In this document: positions 45,312 to 56,400 of the stretch, piece by piece
Layout of the letters: every line of letters starts with the position of its first letter
How positions within the stretch are numbered: the stretch's first letter is position 1
Assembly (NCBI GenBank): GCA_964013405.1
Contig: CAXGWI010000003.1
Location: 21,889-85,888, forward strand
DNA: 64,000 nucleotides
Direction of reading: 5' to 3'
DNA from: an uncultured Myxococcales bacterium
Lineage (GTDB): Bacteria > Myxococcota > UBA4151
The notes under the pieces: model-generated
What the model was told of the DNA's origin: nothing
Databases searched by the model: none
The model's input: only the letters and a program-made list of their open reading frames with translations
Made by a program: the position numbers and the translations under genes

Positions 45312-46258
45312 TCGCAGTTATCCTTCCCACGGAGTCGTTCCAGTTGAATTCGGGCGAACATGTCATGTCGAACCACCTGGACGCCCAAAGGTCGACCATT
45401 AATCAAAATATAGGGTGTTCCTTGCAAGCCCGCCTGGTTTCCGAGGGTGACGCCCTGGTCGAATTGTTTTTCTAAAAAGGGGTCCTTGCGGTCGTTTTCC
45501 CACCGTTTGATGTCGAGGTTTGCCTCCTTGGCCAGCCTGGGCAAGTCCGCTTCCGTCAAACCGCTGTGATTCTTGAACAGTAACTTCGCATAACGCTTGA
45601 ACGTGTCATCCCCCTGATTGAAGGCCGCAAGAGCCGCAACCCCCGCTTTCTTTGAGAGCGGATTGCCGCCCACATTGACCGGGATAAAGACGACGTCGAT
45701 GGGCAAGCCGAGGGAAATGACCGCATCAATCTCCGGCGCAGCTTGGGCGCAATGACCACAGAGAAAGTCGGCAAACTCGATCAGCACCACCTGGGACTCA
45801 GGGCCACCACGATGCAAACGGGGCCAGTCTCGAAAGTCGCCCTGGGGCAAGGTGACTGGATCACCGCAATGGCCATTGGTGACCGTGTTGGCGAAATTAA
45901 ACTGTGCATCGGCCTGGCTCAGACCTTCCTTGAGATAGCCGGCCACCAGTCCGGCCATCACCTGAGCCGATTTACATGCATCCTTTTTCGCCAAGCAGCC
46001 GGCCAGTGTCCGAGTGCTTTCACAACCACAGAGCTCCTCTTGGAGGATCGTTGCGAAAGGCCTGCGGGTCGATGGCGGCAGATCGTTGATGGGGTAGCCG
46101 TCGAGCTTTGGCAACGGTCCCTGGTCAACTCCAGTTGCCGGTTTCGCCGGCGCCTCCTTTTGCTTCGGAGCCGCTGACCCCTTCGAGTCAGATGTTTGGG
46201 AGCAGCCGGCGACGCCAGCCATGAGAAGACAGAGAATTGATAGAGTTCGCATCATCAT
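45308..46258 (-). CDS. DsbA/thioredoxin-family lipoprotein
   Basis: 'VAGC' lipobox; 'IEFADFLCGHC'; cis-Pro 'GTPYILINGR'; additional Cys-rich N-domain 'LCGC...AGCL...ACK'. Confidence 0.85.
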   Translation of the reverse strand: MMMRTLSILCLLMAGVAGCSQTSDSKGSAAPKQKEAPAKPATGVDQGPLPKLDGYPINDLPPSTRRPFATILQEELCGCESTRTLAGCLAKKDACKSAQVMAGLVAGYLKEGLSQADAQFNFANTVTNGHCGDPVTLPQGDFRDWPRLHRGGPESQVVLIEFADFLCGHCAQAAPEIDAVISLGLPIDVVFIPVNVGGNPLSKKAGVAALAAFNQGDDTFKRYAKLLFKNHSGLTEADLPRLAKEANLDIKRWENDRKDPFLEKQFDQGVTLGNQAGLQGTPYILINGRPLGVQVVRHDMFARIQLERLRGKDNCE

Positions 46259-46272
46259 CCAGCCCGGCGGAC

Positions 46273-49032
46273 CTACTGTCCGCTTGCTTGAGGGGTCAAG
46301 GCCATGGAGACAGCTTCTGCCTCTGTGGTCGTTTGGGGTTGAGGGGGTCCAACCTGTGCCTCGTGACCTCGGCCAGACTGGAACAGTTGTTGAGCAAAGC
46401 TCATGATCTGCGCCGGCTCCACTTTGAGCAGCCGCTCCTGCAAGCGCTCTTCCCAGTCCAACCCCAGGCCATAGGCCATGTCTAGCGAGCCGCTACGGGC
46501 CCGATCAGCGTTGGCCTGATGCCGAAGTTTGTAGCCGGCCACCAGGCCCTGCTGAGCCCGCTTCAGTTCGGCCAATGGGGGCGCCTCGGATTGCAGTTGA
46601 GAGAGCACATCATCGAGGGCCTTGCTGACCTCTTTGACGTGCTCTGGAGCCGTCGAACAGTGGACCGAGAGCGCACCGGCCTGAAGCCCCAGAAATGGTG
46701 TTGCACTCACCGAGTAGACCAAGCCTTGGCGCTCCCGCAGCGCATCGAACAGGCGCCCGCTTTGCCCACCGAGAAGTTCGGCGATCAAGAGGAGTTCGGG
46801 CAGTGTTTTGTCTGCCAGGGATGGAGCCGGGTAGAGCCGGAGCAGATGGACCTGCTCCCGGGGCAGTGGCAGTTCGATGGGTTGCTCGGGGCTCGCCTGC
46901 AGCGCCAATGCAGGCCTTGCGACCGAAGCGGCCACGGCCAGGGAACCACCGGGTGGAAAGGCTGCTTGAATCCGCTCAACGAAGAGGCCTGGGTCAAAAT
47001 CACCCACGATCATCATCGCCGGCGGTCGCTGTGCATAATGTTGGGCATAGAACTGCCGGATCGTTTGCGCGCTGATATGCCGCAACGTCTCCTCGCTTCC
47101 GCCCAGGGGCCGACCATAAGGATGCTGACCAAACAAGGATCGGGCTGCGAGATGGAAGGCACGTTGGCCGGGTCGATCATCACGACTCCGGACCGCTTCT
47201 AGCGCCAGCAAACGCTCGCGGTCGACACTGCTGGCCTCAAAACGGGGGTTCTTGAGGGTCTCTAAAAAGAGCTCGAGACTCTCATCAAAGCCTTCGCTGA
47301 GGCCCTCCAGCATCAAACTATAACTGTTCCTGCCCGCTTGGGCGTACAGGCTTGCCCCTAGATCATCCAAGCGTCTGGCGAGGGCTAACTCCCCAAGACT
47401 CTCGGTCCCTTCCGTTTGGCTGGCAGCCATCAGGGCGTGCAAACCATGGAGGCTCCGGGTTTCGTAGAGTGCGCCGCCCTCCCAAGCGGCCTGAACAGCG
47501 AAGAGCCCGCTGCCCTTACGGGGCTCAAGGGCCAACTGAATGCCGGAGGGCAAGGTGATGCGAATACGACCACGGGCATCAGGCTCAGGCATCTTCTGGC
47601 TGGTGGCGAGTTCGTTCTCGAGACCAAGCCACGCCCCGGCCACAGCCGACTCTAAATGCACCGTAGCCAACTCGGGGGTCCCCCCCTTCGGGACGGTCGC
47701 GGCGAGCACCATGTTTTGGCTTTGGAACAAACGGTTCGCCAGCCCTTGCAATCGGGTCGGGGTTGCCGATCGAACCCACTCCAAATCGGTTTCCGCTGCG
47801 CTCAGGTTACCCCGGTGCAGTTGGTAGTGACCCAAGCGGGACGCATGGTCCTCCGCTGTCTCCTCCTCGGCCCGCCATTGCAATAAGACCTGACGGCGGG
47901 CCCGCTCTAGCTCCTGGCTGGACAACGGTCGGTTCCGTAATCGGCCTAACACCACAATCGTCCGCTTTAAGGCGTCGAGGAGGCGCGCCTGGTCCGTCGC
48001 TACCGAGACCACGAAGAGGCCCGGCCCCTTGGGATCAAAAAGGTAGGTACTGAGGCCGTTGGCCAATTGATCATCGTACTGGAGGGCCCGGAGCAGGCGA
48101 CTACTATCCCCTTGCCCCAATGCCAGGGCCAATAGGTTCAGGTCGACTCGATCTCGGCGCTCCAGGCTATCCACCGCAAAGGCGAAGGAGAAGAGACTCT
48201 CGGCCACCGGCTCTAACTCGAGGCTGACGGCTGGACCAGATTGCCGTGATGGAAGCGGGGTGGCCGCGGCGCGGGTCGGGCCGGTCCATGAGCCGAAGTG
48301 GGTCGATAGGGAAGCGAGCATCGCGGACTGCTGCAAATCCCCAGCCACCGTTAGCACCACCGCTTCGGGGTGGTAATGCTGTCGATAGAAGGACTCGAGG
48401 CCAGGGATCTTCATGCCCTGAACGGACGCGGCGGTCCCAGCGATATCCCGAGCCAAGGGGTGGTCTTCACCATAGGCCTGAATCATCAAGCGTCGAGATA
48501 AGCGCTGTCTCGGGTCGTCCTCACTGTCACGGATCTCTTCGACCACGACCTCTTTTTCGGCCTGGAGGTCCTCGGCACCAAAACGGGCGCTAACCACCAT
48601 CTCCTTTAACAGTTGGAGCCCTTCTTCAAAGGCCGTGGCCGGTAAAAGAAGGTGGTAGACGGTTTCATCGTAACTGGTCCAAGCGTTGACCTCACCACCC
48701 AACTCGGCGACGCGGCGGTCCAAGTCACCGGGCCCGAGATTTTCTGTCCGCTTAAAAAGCATGTGCTCGTGGAGATGGGCCATCCCTTCTTCACCAGCCC
48801 GCTCATGGACACTGCCCACACCCACCCAGGCCTGAACGGCGACCACCTCGCTGCCCGGCCGGGGGGCAAAGGCCCAGCGCATCCCGTTCTCGAGTTTCCC
48901 CTCGGACCTTGCGTCGAGAGGGGCTGCTGTCTCTTTTGTCTCTTCCATCATCTCCGGCTTCTTTACCTCGGGCTTCATCTCAGCGCTGTGGGCGCAGGCT
49001 ATTAGAAACAACAGAGCAAGGCGTCGGTCCAT
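46273..49032 (-). CDS. M16 (pitrilysin) zinc peptidase, fused two-half form
   Basis: 'GMAHLHEHMLFKRT' (HxxEH), 'NAWTSYDETVY', 'EKEVVVEE'; inactive second half; possible lipobox 'LIAC'. Confidence 0.92.
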   Translation of the reverse strand: MDRRLALLFLIACAHSAEMKPEVKKPEMMEETKETAAPLDARSEGKLENGMRWAFAPRPGSEVVAVQAWVGVGSVHERAGEEGMAHLHEHMLFKRTENLGPGDLDRRVAELGGEVNAWTSYDETVYHLLLPATAFEEGLQLLKEMVVSARFGAEDLQAEKEVVVEEIRDSEDDPRQRLSRRLMIQAYGEDHPLARDIAGTAASVQGMKIPGLESFYRQHYHPEAVVLTVAGDLQQSAMLASLSTHFGSWTGPTRAAATPLPSRQSGPAVSLELEPVAESLFSFAFAVDSLERRDRVDLNLLALALGQGDSSRLLRALQYDDQLANGLSTYLFDPKGPGLFVVSVATDQARLLDALKRTIVVLGRLRNRPLSSQELERARRQVLLQWRAEEETAEDHASRLGHYQLHRGNLSAAETDLEWVRSATPTRLQGLANRLFQSQNMVLAATVPKGGTPELATVHLESAVAGAWLGLENELATSQKMPEPDARGRIRITLPSGIQLALEPRKGSGLFAVQAAWEGGALYETRSLHGLHALMAASQTEGTESLGELALARRLDDLGASLYAQAGRNSYSLMLEGLSEGFDESLELFLETLKNPRFEASSVDRERLLALEAVRSRDDRPGQRAFHLAARSLFGQHPYGRPLGGSEETLRHISAQTIRQFYAQHYAQRPPAMMIVGDFDPGLFVERIQAAFPPGGSLAVAASVARPALALQASPEQPIELPLPREQVHLLRLYPAPSLADKTLPELLLIAELLGGQSGRLFDALRERQGLVYSVSATPFLGLQAGALSVHCSTAPEHVKEVSKALDDVLSQLQSEAPPLAELKRAQQGLVAGYKLRHQANADRARSGSLDMAYGLGLDWEERLQERLLKVEPAQIMSFAQQLFQSGRGHEAQVGPPQPQTTTEAEAVSMALTPQASGQ

Positions 49033-49034
49033 CC

Positions 49035-49277
49035 TCAGCCCCTCCGCTTGGGAAAGTCCCATGGCTGTTCGGGGACAGGGTCATCGCCGCTGCCGCCCCA
49101 TGGCGCACAGCGAAAAAGACGCCACAGCGTGCCGGCGATCCCGGCCAGCGCACCATGTTTATTTAAATAACCAATGGAGTAAACGGAGCAACTCGGATGA
49201 AAACGGCACTGCCCACCTAGGAGATGCGAAAGGGTCCTCTGATAAACCCGAACCAAGCAGATGAGGAGACGAGCCAT
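49035..49277 (-). CDS. yidD: Membrane protein insertion efficiency factor
   Basis: 'VYQRTLS...CRFHPSCSVY...WRLFRCAPWGGSGDDPVP'. Confidence 0.9.
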   Translation of the reverse strand: MARLLICLVRVYQRTLSHLLGGQCRFHPSCSVYSIGYLNKHGALAGIAGTLWRLFRCAPWGGSGDDPVPEQPWDFPKRRG

Positions 49278-49280
49278 CGT

Positions 49281-51203
49281 TTAGAGCAGATCCCTAGGAT
49301 CCGTCAGGCGGCCCCTCACAGCCGATGCTGCTGCAACCGCTGGACTCACCAACCAGACGGGACCCGCTGCCCCCATTCGGCGATCGAAATTGCGATTGGT
49401 CGTACTCGCCGTCACCTCGCCTTCGAGAGGAATTCCCGGACCGTTACCGATACACGAACCACAACCGGGCTCCGAAATCACGGCGCCCACAGCACGAAAC
49501 ACATCGAGATAGCCGTCCCGCTGAGCTGCGGCCGCCACCGATTCGGAGGATGGAGTCACCGTCATCCGAACGCCAGAGGCCAATTGGTGCCCCTCAAGGA
49601 CCTCTGCAGCCGCCTTGAGGTCCGCATAGGACCCACCGGTACAACTGGCGATCACCACATTGTGGATATCGACCCCCGAACAGTCGGACAATGGTTTGCG
49701 ATAGCGTGAGTCGCCGGGGCTAGCGACCGTCAAGGGAACCTCAGCGAGATCGACCTCGATGACTCGAGCGTAGGACGCATCATCATCGGGATAGACCATC
49801 TTGGATGCCCATTGACCGGGCCCTCGACGCCGCTCCAGAAAGTCGATGATCGGCTGACAAGGCTCAATCATCCCTGTCATCAGCCCCCCTTCGACCGTCA
49901 TATTGGTGATGACACTCAGTTCATCCACATTCCACTGATCGAGACCGGGACCCCCCACTTGGATCACACAGGTATCCGTGGCCGACTCGCGCCACTGCTC
50001 TTCCTTGAAGTACGGGTCGCCGATGAGGTGAAGAATGAGATCCTTCGGACTCACAAGCCCACCGGCATCGCCGGTCACAAGGATGCGCACGACCTTGGGG
50101 ACGGTGACTGGAATGAGCCCCGTCCGCAGGGCGAAGGCCATGGCTGTCGAGCCCACACCAAAGGCAAAGGTGTTCAACACCCCTGCGGTAGGACTATGGG
50201 AGTCGGTTAAGCAAAGCACGGTGCCGGGCTCCGCATAATCCTCCACCACCAAACGATGGCAAACGCCAGCTGGCAGGGCCCGCCCTGGGCCATGGAGGCG
50301 CAGGCCCATCTCTTCACAGGCCTCCACCATCTCCTCGGCCAAACGTTGAGCGGGCGCTAAGCGCTTCGATTTCACAGATTCGGGCACGGTTTCATGATCA
50401 ATCAACACGAAGTGATCTTCGAAACAGGCCACCAACTCAGGGCGCACCACAGGGATCGCGCCAAACTCCTTCTTGTAGAGGTCGACCACCATGCCGGCCG
50501 TGTACTCATGCATCCCCCGAAAACCCGCCTCGCAGAGGACTTGGTCGCCGGGCGACACGCTGGCGAGACCAAAGGCTTGGCCTGCACCGCGAAAGCCCCG
50601 GGAAGCGATCACCTTCTCCACCGCATTCATGGGGCGACGTGGTGGGTTGAGATGATAACTCGGCGCCTGATCACCATCGAGTAGGGCCTGGCCGTAAGGC
50701 AGCAGACCGCCGGCTTCGGCCACGGCGCGAAAGAAGGGGGGCAGTTCCTGAGCCAAAGCCTCGAGATCCACCTCTTCACCATTGAGTAGACGATCAAGCA
50801 CCTCGGGATTAGCGCTAAACGGCAGACCCGAGTAGACCATGTTTTCTTGGAAAATGCGCTGGAAGCTCTCCGCAATGACCAGTTCAATGCCGGCTCCCTG
50901 GTGGGCCACCACAGCAACCTCACGGCTCCAGCCGCTGCCATACGCAGCGCCACCGACAACCACCTGAAAGCCGCCAGAACGAACGCTATCCTCGCCCACC
51001 ACCTCCTTGAAGTTCTTCAGAAAGTGGGGGCCCAGGATCTCGCCTGTATAGCCAAGGGTGCAAGCCTGCCCCGAGATCATCGCGTCCGTGTTCACAGCAA
51101 ACTGCTTCGGTGCGTCGCGGAGGTCGATAGATTCCCCCCCCAGTTGACGCTCAATCAAAGCAGCTTCTTCCGTAAGGAAGAGAACGCGCCCTTCAAGCTT
51201 CAT
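49281..51203 (-). CDS. Aconitase/isopropylmalate-isomerase-family protein with N-terminal swivel domain fused to the [4Fe-4S] domain
   Basis: Swivel 'VNTDAM...YGSGWSRE...AESFQRIFQEN'; large domain 'EDH', 'GVCH', 'TDSH', 'IASCTGG', 'PGCGSCIG', 'TTNRNF..RMG', 'SPAVAAASA'. Confidence 0.85.
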   Translation of the reverse strand: MKLEGRVLFLTEEAALIERQLGGESIDLRDAPKQFAVNTDAMISGQACTLGYTGEILGPHFLKNFKEVVGEDSVRSGGFQVVVGGAAYGSGWSREVAVVAHQGAGIELVIAESFQRIFQENMVYSGLPFSANPEVLDRLLNGEEVDLEALAQELPPFFRAVAEAGGLLPYGQALLDGDQAPSYHLNPPRRPMNAVEKVIASRGFRGAGQAFGLASVSPGDQVLCEAGFRGMHEYTAGMVVDLYKKEFGAIPVVRPELVACFEDHFVLIDHETVPESVKSKRLAPAQRLAEEMVEACEEMGLRLHGPGRALPAGVCHRLVVEDYAEPGTVLCLTDSHSPTAGVLNTFAFGVGSTAMAFALRTGLIPVTVPKVVRILVTGDAGGLVSPKDLILHLIGDPYFKEEQWRESATDTCVIQVGGPGLDQWNVDELSVITNMTVEGGLMTGMIEPCQPIIDFLERRRGPGQWASKMVYPDDDASYARVIEVDLAEVPLTVASPGDSRYRKPLSDCSGVDIHNVVIASCTGGSYADLKAAAEVLEGHQLASGVRMTVTPSSESVAAAAQRDGYLDVFRAVGAVISEPGCGSCIGNGPGIPLEGEVTASTTNRNFDRRMGAAGPVWLVSPAVAAASAVRGRLTDPRDLL

Positions 51204-51282
51204 GATGACGCCCCCGATTGCGGGCGCCTGTTACCAAGACTCGCGGTGCATTGCGACGCCAAACATAAAGATGGCAGGAGCG

Positions 51283-53340
51283 CTAAGAACTCAGGAGGCT
51301 CAATTCTTTCAACTGACGGAGTTCCTCCCGCAGCTTTGCTGCTTCCTCGAAGTCGAGTTCGGCCGCGGCCCGACGCATCGATCGCTCGACGGACTTGATC
51401 TTCTGACGCATCTCGCCGGCGGGCAAGAAGCCCGCAGACTGCAAAAACGTCAGCAGGTCGTCCTGGCCCGGCGGCGAGGCCCCCTCAGCCCGATGGCTCT
51501 GGCGGTGTTTTGCGACTCTGCGATCCACATCGCGATCTTCGGAACGGCGATCCCTGGGCATCTCCAGAAGCTCCCGGACCGTGGATTTAGGGGTGATTCC
51601 ATGCCGCTCATTGTGGGCCGCCTGAACCTGCCGACGACGATGGGTCTCTGTGATCACTGCCTTGATCGCGACCGTCTCCTGCTCGGCGTAGAGGAGGGCC
51701 CGACCGTTCACGTTCCGAGCGGCCCGGCCGACGGTTTGGATGAGACTGCGCTCGTTGCGCAAAAAACCCGACCGGTCCGCATCAAGAACGGCCACCAGCC
51801 CGACTTCTGGTAGATCCAAGCCCTCCCGCAGCAAGTTGATCCCGATCAGCACATCGTAGACCCCCTGCCGGAGTTCGGCGAGCAACTCGATACGTTCTAG
51901 GGTGTCCACATCCGCGTGCAAATAGCGGCAGCGTATCCCCAACTCCTCAAAGTATTCGGCGAGGTCCTCCGCCATTTTTTTGGTGAGCGTCGTGACAAGA
52001 ACCCGCAGGCCTTGCCCGGTTGTCTTACGGATCTCATGGACGAGGTCGTCCACTTGCCCTCGGACCGGGCGGATCTCAATCTCAGGATCCAACAGTCCCG
52101 TGGGACGGATGAGTTGCTCCACCACCTCCCCATGGGTTTGCCCTAACTCGTAGTCGCCCGGGGTGGCGGACACATAGATGGCCTGATGACGGCGCTCCAC
52201 CCACTCGTCAAAGCGAAGAGGACGGTTATCGAGGGCACTTGGAAGGCGAAAGCCATGATCCACCAATGTTTCTTTGCGGGCCCGATCACCACGATACATC
52301 CCCCGCACCTGTCCGATGGTGACGTGGCTTTCATCCACAAAGGTGATCACGTCGTCGGGAAAATAGTCGATAAGAGTGGGCGGTGGCTCGCCTTCGGCCC
52401 GGCCACTCAGCCAGCGGGAGTAGTTCTCGATCCCAGAGCACGTCCCAAGGGTGTCAAGCAGTTCAAGGTCGTAGCGGGTCCGTTGGTCTAAGCGCTGCAA
52501 CTCCAATAACTTCCCTTGGCTCTTGAAGGCCTCCAGGCGTGTCTGCAACTCCTGCCGAATCCCCCGCAGTGCTCGCTTCATTTGGTCCGCGGGCAGTACA
52601 TAATGACTGCCGGGATAAACAACCGCTGACTCCAGATCCTCAAGAACACGCCCCGTCAGGGCATCGACCCGCTGGATCCGCTCCAGTTCATCACCGAAGA
52701 AACTGAAGCGCAGGGCCCGGTTCTGTTCGTGGGCTGGATACACCTCGACCAGATCACCTCGGACCCGAAAAGTCCCCCGATCAAAGGCCGTATCGTTGCG
52801 GTCGTAGAGGGCAGCGACAAGCCGCTCCATAAAGGCCCTCGGCTCCAGACTTTGCCCCACCGAGAGGGAGATCATCATTTGGCGCCAGAAGTCCGGCGTA
52901 CCGATTCCATAGATACAGGAGACTGAAGCCACCACCACCACGTCTCGACGCTCCAACAGAGCCCGAGTTGCGCGGTGACGCATCCGGTCGATCTCATCGT
53001 TGATCGACGAATCCTTCTCCACATAGGTGTCCGTGGTCGGGACGTAGGCTTCGGGTTGGTAATAATCGTAATAGGAGACGAAATACTCCACCGCCATTTC
53101 GGGCAATAGGCTGGAGAGTTCTTGGAACAGCTGGCCCGCAAGCGTCTTGTTATGGGCCAGGACCAGTGCCGGCCGCTTCGACTGGGCGATCACATGGGCC
53201 ATGGTGAATGTTTTGCCTGAGCCGGTCACCCCCAGCAGGACCTGGTCGGGCCGCCCCTCGCACAGGCCGCGACAGAGGGCTTCGATGGCCTGAGGCTGGT
53301 CCCCGGTCGGCGTATAAGGGCTGTCCACCCGAAAGGTCAC
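51283..53340 (-). CDS. uvrB: Excinuclease ABC subunit B
   Basis: 'PTGDQPQAI', 'GVTGSGKT', 'FVSYYDYYQPEAY', 'DESH', 'INLLREGLDLPEV', C-terminal UVR 'LDFEEAAKLR'; GTG 53340 after GGAGG. Confidence 0.97.
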   Translation of the reverse strand: MTFRVDSPYTPTGDQPQAIEALCRGLCEGRPDQVLLGVTGSGKTFTMAHVIAQSKRPALVLAHNKTLAGQLFQELSSLLPEMAVEYFVSYYDYYQPEAYVPTTDTYVEKDSSINDEIDRMRHRATRALLERRDVVVVASVSCIYGIGTPDFWRQMMISLSVGQSLEPRAFMERLVAALYDRNDTAFDRGTFRVRGDLVEVYPAHEQNRALRFSFFGDELERIQRVDALTGRVLEDLESAVVYPGSHYVLPADQMKRALRGIRQELQTRLEAFKSQGKLLELQRLDQRTRYDLELLDTLGTCSGIENYSRWLSGRAEGEPPPTLIDYFPDDVITFVDESHVTIGQVRGMYRGDRARKETLVDHGFRLPSALDNRPLRFDEWVERRHQAIYVSATPGDYELGQTHGEVVEQLIRPTGLLDPEIEIRPVRGQVDDLVHEIRKTTGQGLRVLVTTLTKKMAEDLAEYFEELGIRCRYLHADVDTLERIELLAELRQGVYDVLIGINLLREGLDLPEVGLVAVLDADRSGFLRNERSLIQTVGRAARNVNGRALLYAEQETVAIKAVITETHRRRQVQAAHNERHGITPKSTVRELLEMPRDRRSEDRDVDRRVAKHRQSHRAEGASPPGQDDLLTFLQSAGFLPAGEMRQKIKSVERSMRRAAAELDFEEAAKLREELRQLKELSLLSS

Positions 53341-53433
53341 AGGAACCTCCAATCCATCCATCGCTTGTCTGACGTGTGCGATCAACTAGGCTTTACCCCC
53401 AAACGGTTGTAACCGGTAACGGGGAGTTTCAAG

Positions 53434-56400
53434 TTGACCGGCCGTGCCCTGATGCTGAGCTTGCTCGCAATCCTGCCGAGTCAGGCGATGGCTCTGTCCA
53501 CAGAAGCGGTCCCTCGTTGGGCTCTCAACAAGCTCAATGAAGCCCTCGCCGGCACCGTGACAAGCCGCGGCATTCGCTTCGACACCCAAACCGGCTTGAC
53601 CCTCACGGGAGTCCAGGTCACCGCCCCCAACGGACGACTGGTCTTACAGGCCCAGCGACTTGTCGCCGAGGTCAGCATCGGCAACCTCCTGGCCGATGTG
53701 GTCAGCATCGATGCGATCGAGATCACCGGACTTAAGATGAGCCTACGGGAAAACGCCCAGGGCGAATTCGATCTGGTCCAGGCTTTTATGCCGAAAGAGG
53801 CGAGTGAGGACAGCGGTGGGGGTGGCGGCGGGGTCCGAATTCAGCGCCTGAGCATCAGCAACAGTGAGTTCGAGTTGCGCATTCCAAGCGCGTCGATGGA
53901 GATCAAAGATCTCAACATCTCGGGGCGGCTCAGCGTGACCAATACGCTCACTGCACGACTTCGACTCAACAGTGGAGCCATCCAATTCCGGCAACCCAGC
54001 CGAGGCGATGCCAACCTAGCGACAGAATTCCGTGGCCTCATCATCAAGGAATTCCGGCTAGACGACCAACACATCCGCATCCGCCAAGGCTCCCTGCGCG
54101 TCGACACCGACCACCGGATCGGCCTCTCGGGGAAAATCAATACAGGGGCTGATCGGATCGCTATGGATTTCGACGGCCGCATCCCTCCCCGCTGGTTAAA
54201 CCGAAGCCTTGGCAGCGGTGATGCCGTCCCCCCCATGGGTGCCATTCGCACGAAAGGCAGAGTCAGAGGGGTGATGAGTGACCCGACCATCGACTTCGAC
54301 CTTTCGACCACCAACGTCGTGTTGCCTTCGGGGGCACCACGACTCACAACCTTCTCGGCCCAAGGGAAGTACACCAGCACCAGGCTCCTTCTCAGCCAGG
54401 TGCAGGCCAGCACACTCGGTGGCCAACTTCGCCTTTCGGGCCGTATGGCGATGGACGATCGCTACCGCAGCCGCATGACGGGCCAACTGAAAAATATCAG
54501 CTTGGCCGCGGCCCATGAGAGTCTCGCCGAGTATGGCGGCCGCTACACCGGCGCAATCAGCCTAGAAGGCCCCATGCTCTTCGACGATGCCCAGCCCCTT
54601 CAGATCGATCTCGATGGTAGAGTCACATCTTTCCTGATCCCGAGCCTTGGGCGTCAAGATGTCAGCCTGAAGGGCGGTATCAGCCAGGGGGAGGCGATCA
54701 CGCTCAAACCAACCACCCTGGTGATCGGCAAAAGCACCGCAAGCCTGAATGGACCGGTGTATCCCAAGCTCAGGCTGGACTGGAGCCTGCAGTCAAAGCG
54801 GCTCAAGAGGCTTCTTAGGGCCCTGGATATCGATGACTATATCCCCCAACAAGCCACGGCATCGGGGCGCTTGGTTTTGGAACCCCGGTTCCGTCTTCGC
54901 TTTGCGATCAACGCCAATCGGTTCAACCTTTTCGATATGCCCCTGGGCCCCACGCGCACCCAAGGCGTCATGACCGATGATTTTCTGACCCTCAACCAGC
55001 TCACATCCACGATCTCGGGGGGTGCACTTCAGGCGAAGAACCTCACCATGCGCCTTGCTGACCCCACCTCGATGAAGGGTGAGATCAAGGTCGAAGCCAT
55101 GGCGATTCCCGGCGCCGAGGGGCTTGTCACATTGCAGCTAAAATCACCGGATTTCGATCGATGGGATGGTGATGTCTACGTGGAAGACTTGGTGGCCGGC
55201 GGCATGGCCTTGGGCAGCCTCGACTTCAACCTGCGCTTCAACGGCGAGCGCGTCGACTTGCGGGTGCGTGACTGGGAGGACGGACTGGGTGTTCTCAACG
55301 GTGATCTTGGCCTGGAGTTGGCAACCAATCGTCCCGATGGAGGCCTCACGCTCTACCTCGATCAAACCGGGTTACAAATGCTTGGTGGCGATGTTCTTGA
55401 GGGGCGAGCGAAGCTGCTCCTGCAACCCAAGGGAACCCTCGACCAGATCGCGGCCCGGGCAATTCTTGATCTGGATGGTCTTCGTGTTGGGGGCGTTCCC
55501 CTCGGCCAAGGAAACATGGAATTCTCCGCAACCCCCAACCATCTGGGGGGCATTATCAGACTCAGAGGGAATGGCCGAGCCCAAGGCTCCCTTCGACTCA
55601 CCGACGGCTTTGAAAAACTCGACCTGCAGCTGCGCTGGTCAGGGCTTGAGTTGGCTTCGCTCCCCACTGGCGTTGACGGACTCCGTGGCAAGGCAGACCT
55701 GCATGCTCGGCTCACCGGCCCCCTGACGGCGCCGCTGGGCGAGGCGAACCTGCGACTCCGGCACGTGCGTATCGGTGGCCAAACCCTCGGCACGGGCAAT
55801 GGTGGTCTCCGCTTGGTGCTGGATCCGGGACGACTCAAAGCAGATCTTGAGTTGATCGGATGGCTTCAAGGGACTCTGACCAGTGGTTGGCCGGATTTAG
55901 AGGACATGGACCTCACCGCTAGCCTGCAAGCCAACACATTGGAAGACTTGGCGCCGGCGCTGCGCATGACCGGAAGCACGGCCGCTTTGGATGCGAAGAT
56001 ACGCGTCCTGCGTCGAGGCGGCTCTCCCAGTGGGCAAATTCTAATCAATCGGCTGCAAATCTCAAACCCGGTCTTACCCGGCCAGGAACTAGAGAACGCC
56101 GGCGATATTATCCTCGGCTACGGTGGTGGTCGGGTTCGTGTGGAAAAAATGGGCATCAAAATGGCACAAGGCCAACTGTCGGTCCAAGGCTTCGTCGAAC
56201 CAGGAGATGAGGATGGCCGAGTCAATCTTCGGCTGGAAGGGGCCTTCCCGATGGAGGTGCTTCAAGCTCTCGACCCCGGCTTCTCCTTGGCCCGGGGACG
56301 CATCGCTCTCCAATGCCTCGCCCGCGGAAAACTCTACGACAATCCGAACCTCCAAGTCATGGTTCAACCGGAGCCGGGCACCACCATCATCCATAGCGCT

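Noticed and set aside
53341..53433. Possible LexA box upstream of uvrB (ggttgtaacc)
   Set aside because: Short palindrome that does not match the LexA consensus sequences I know; not supportable.
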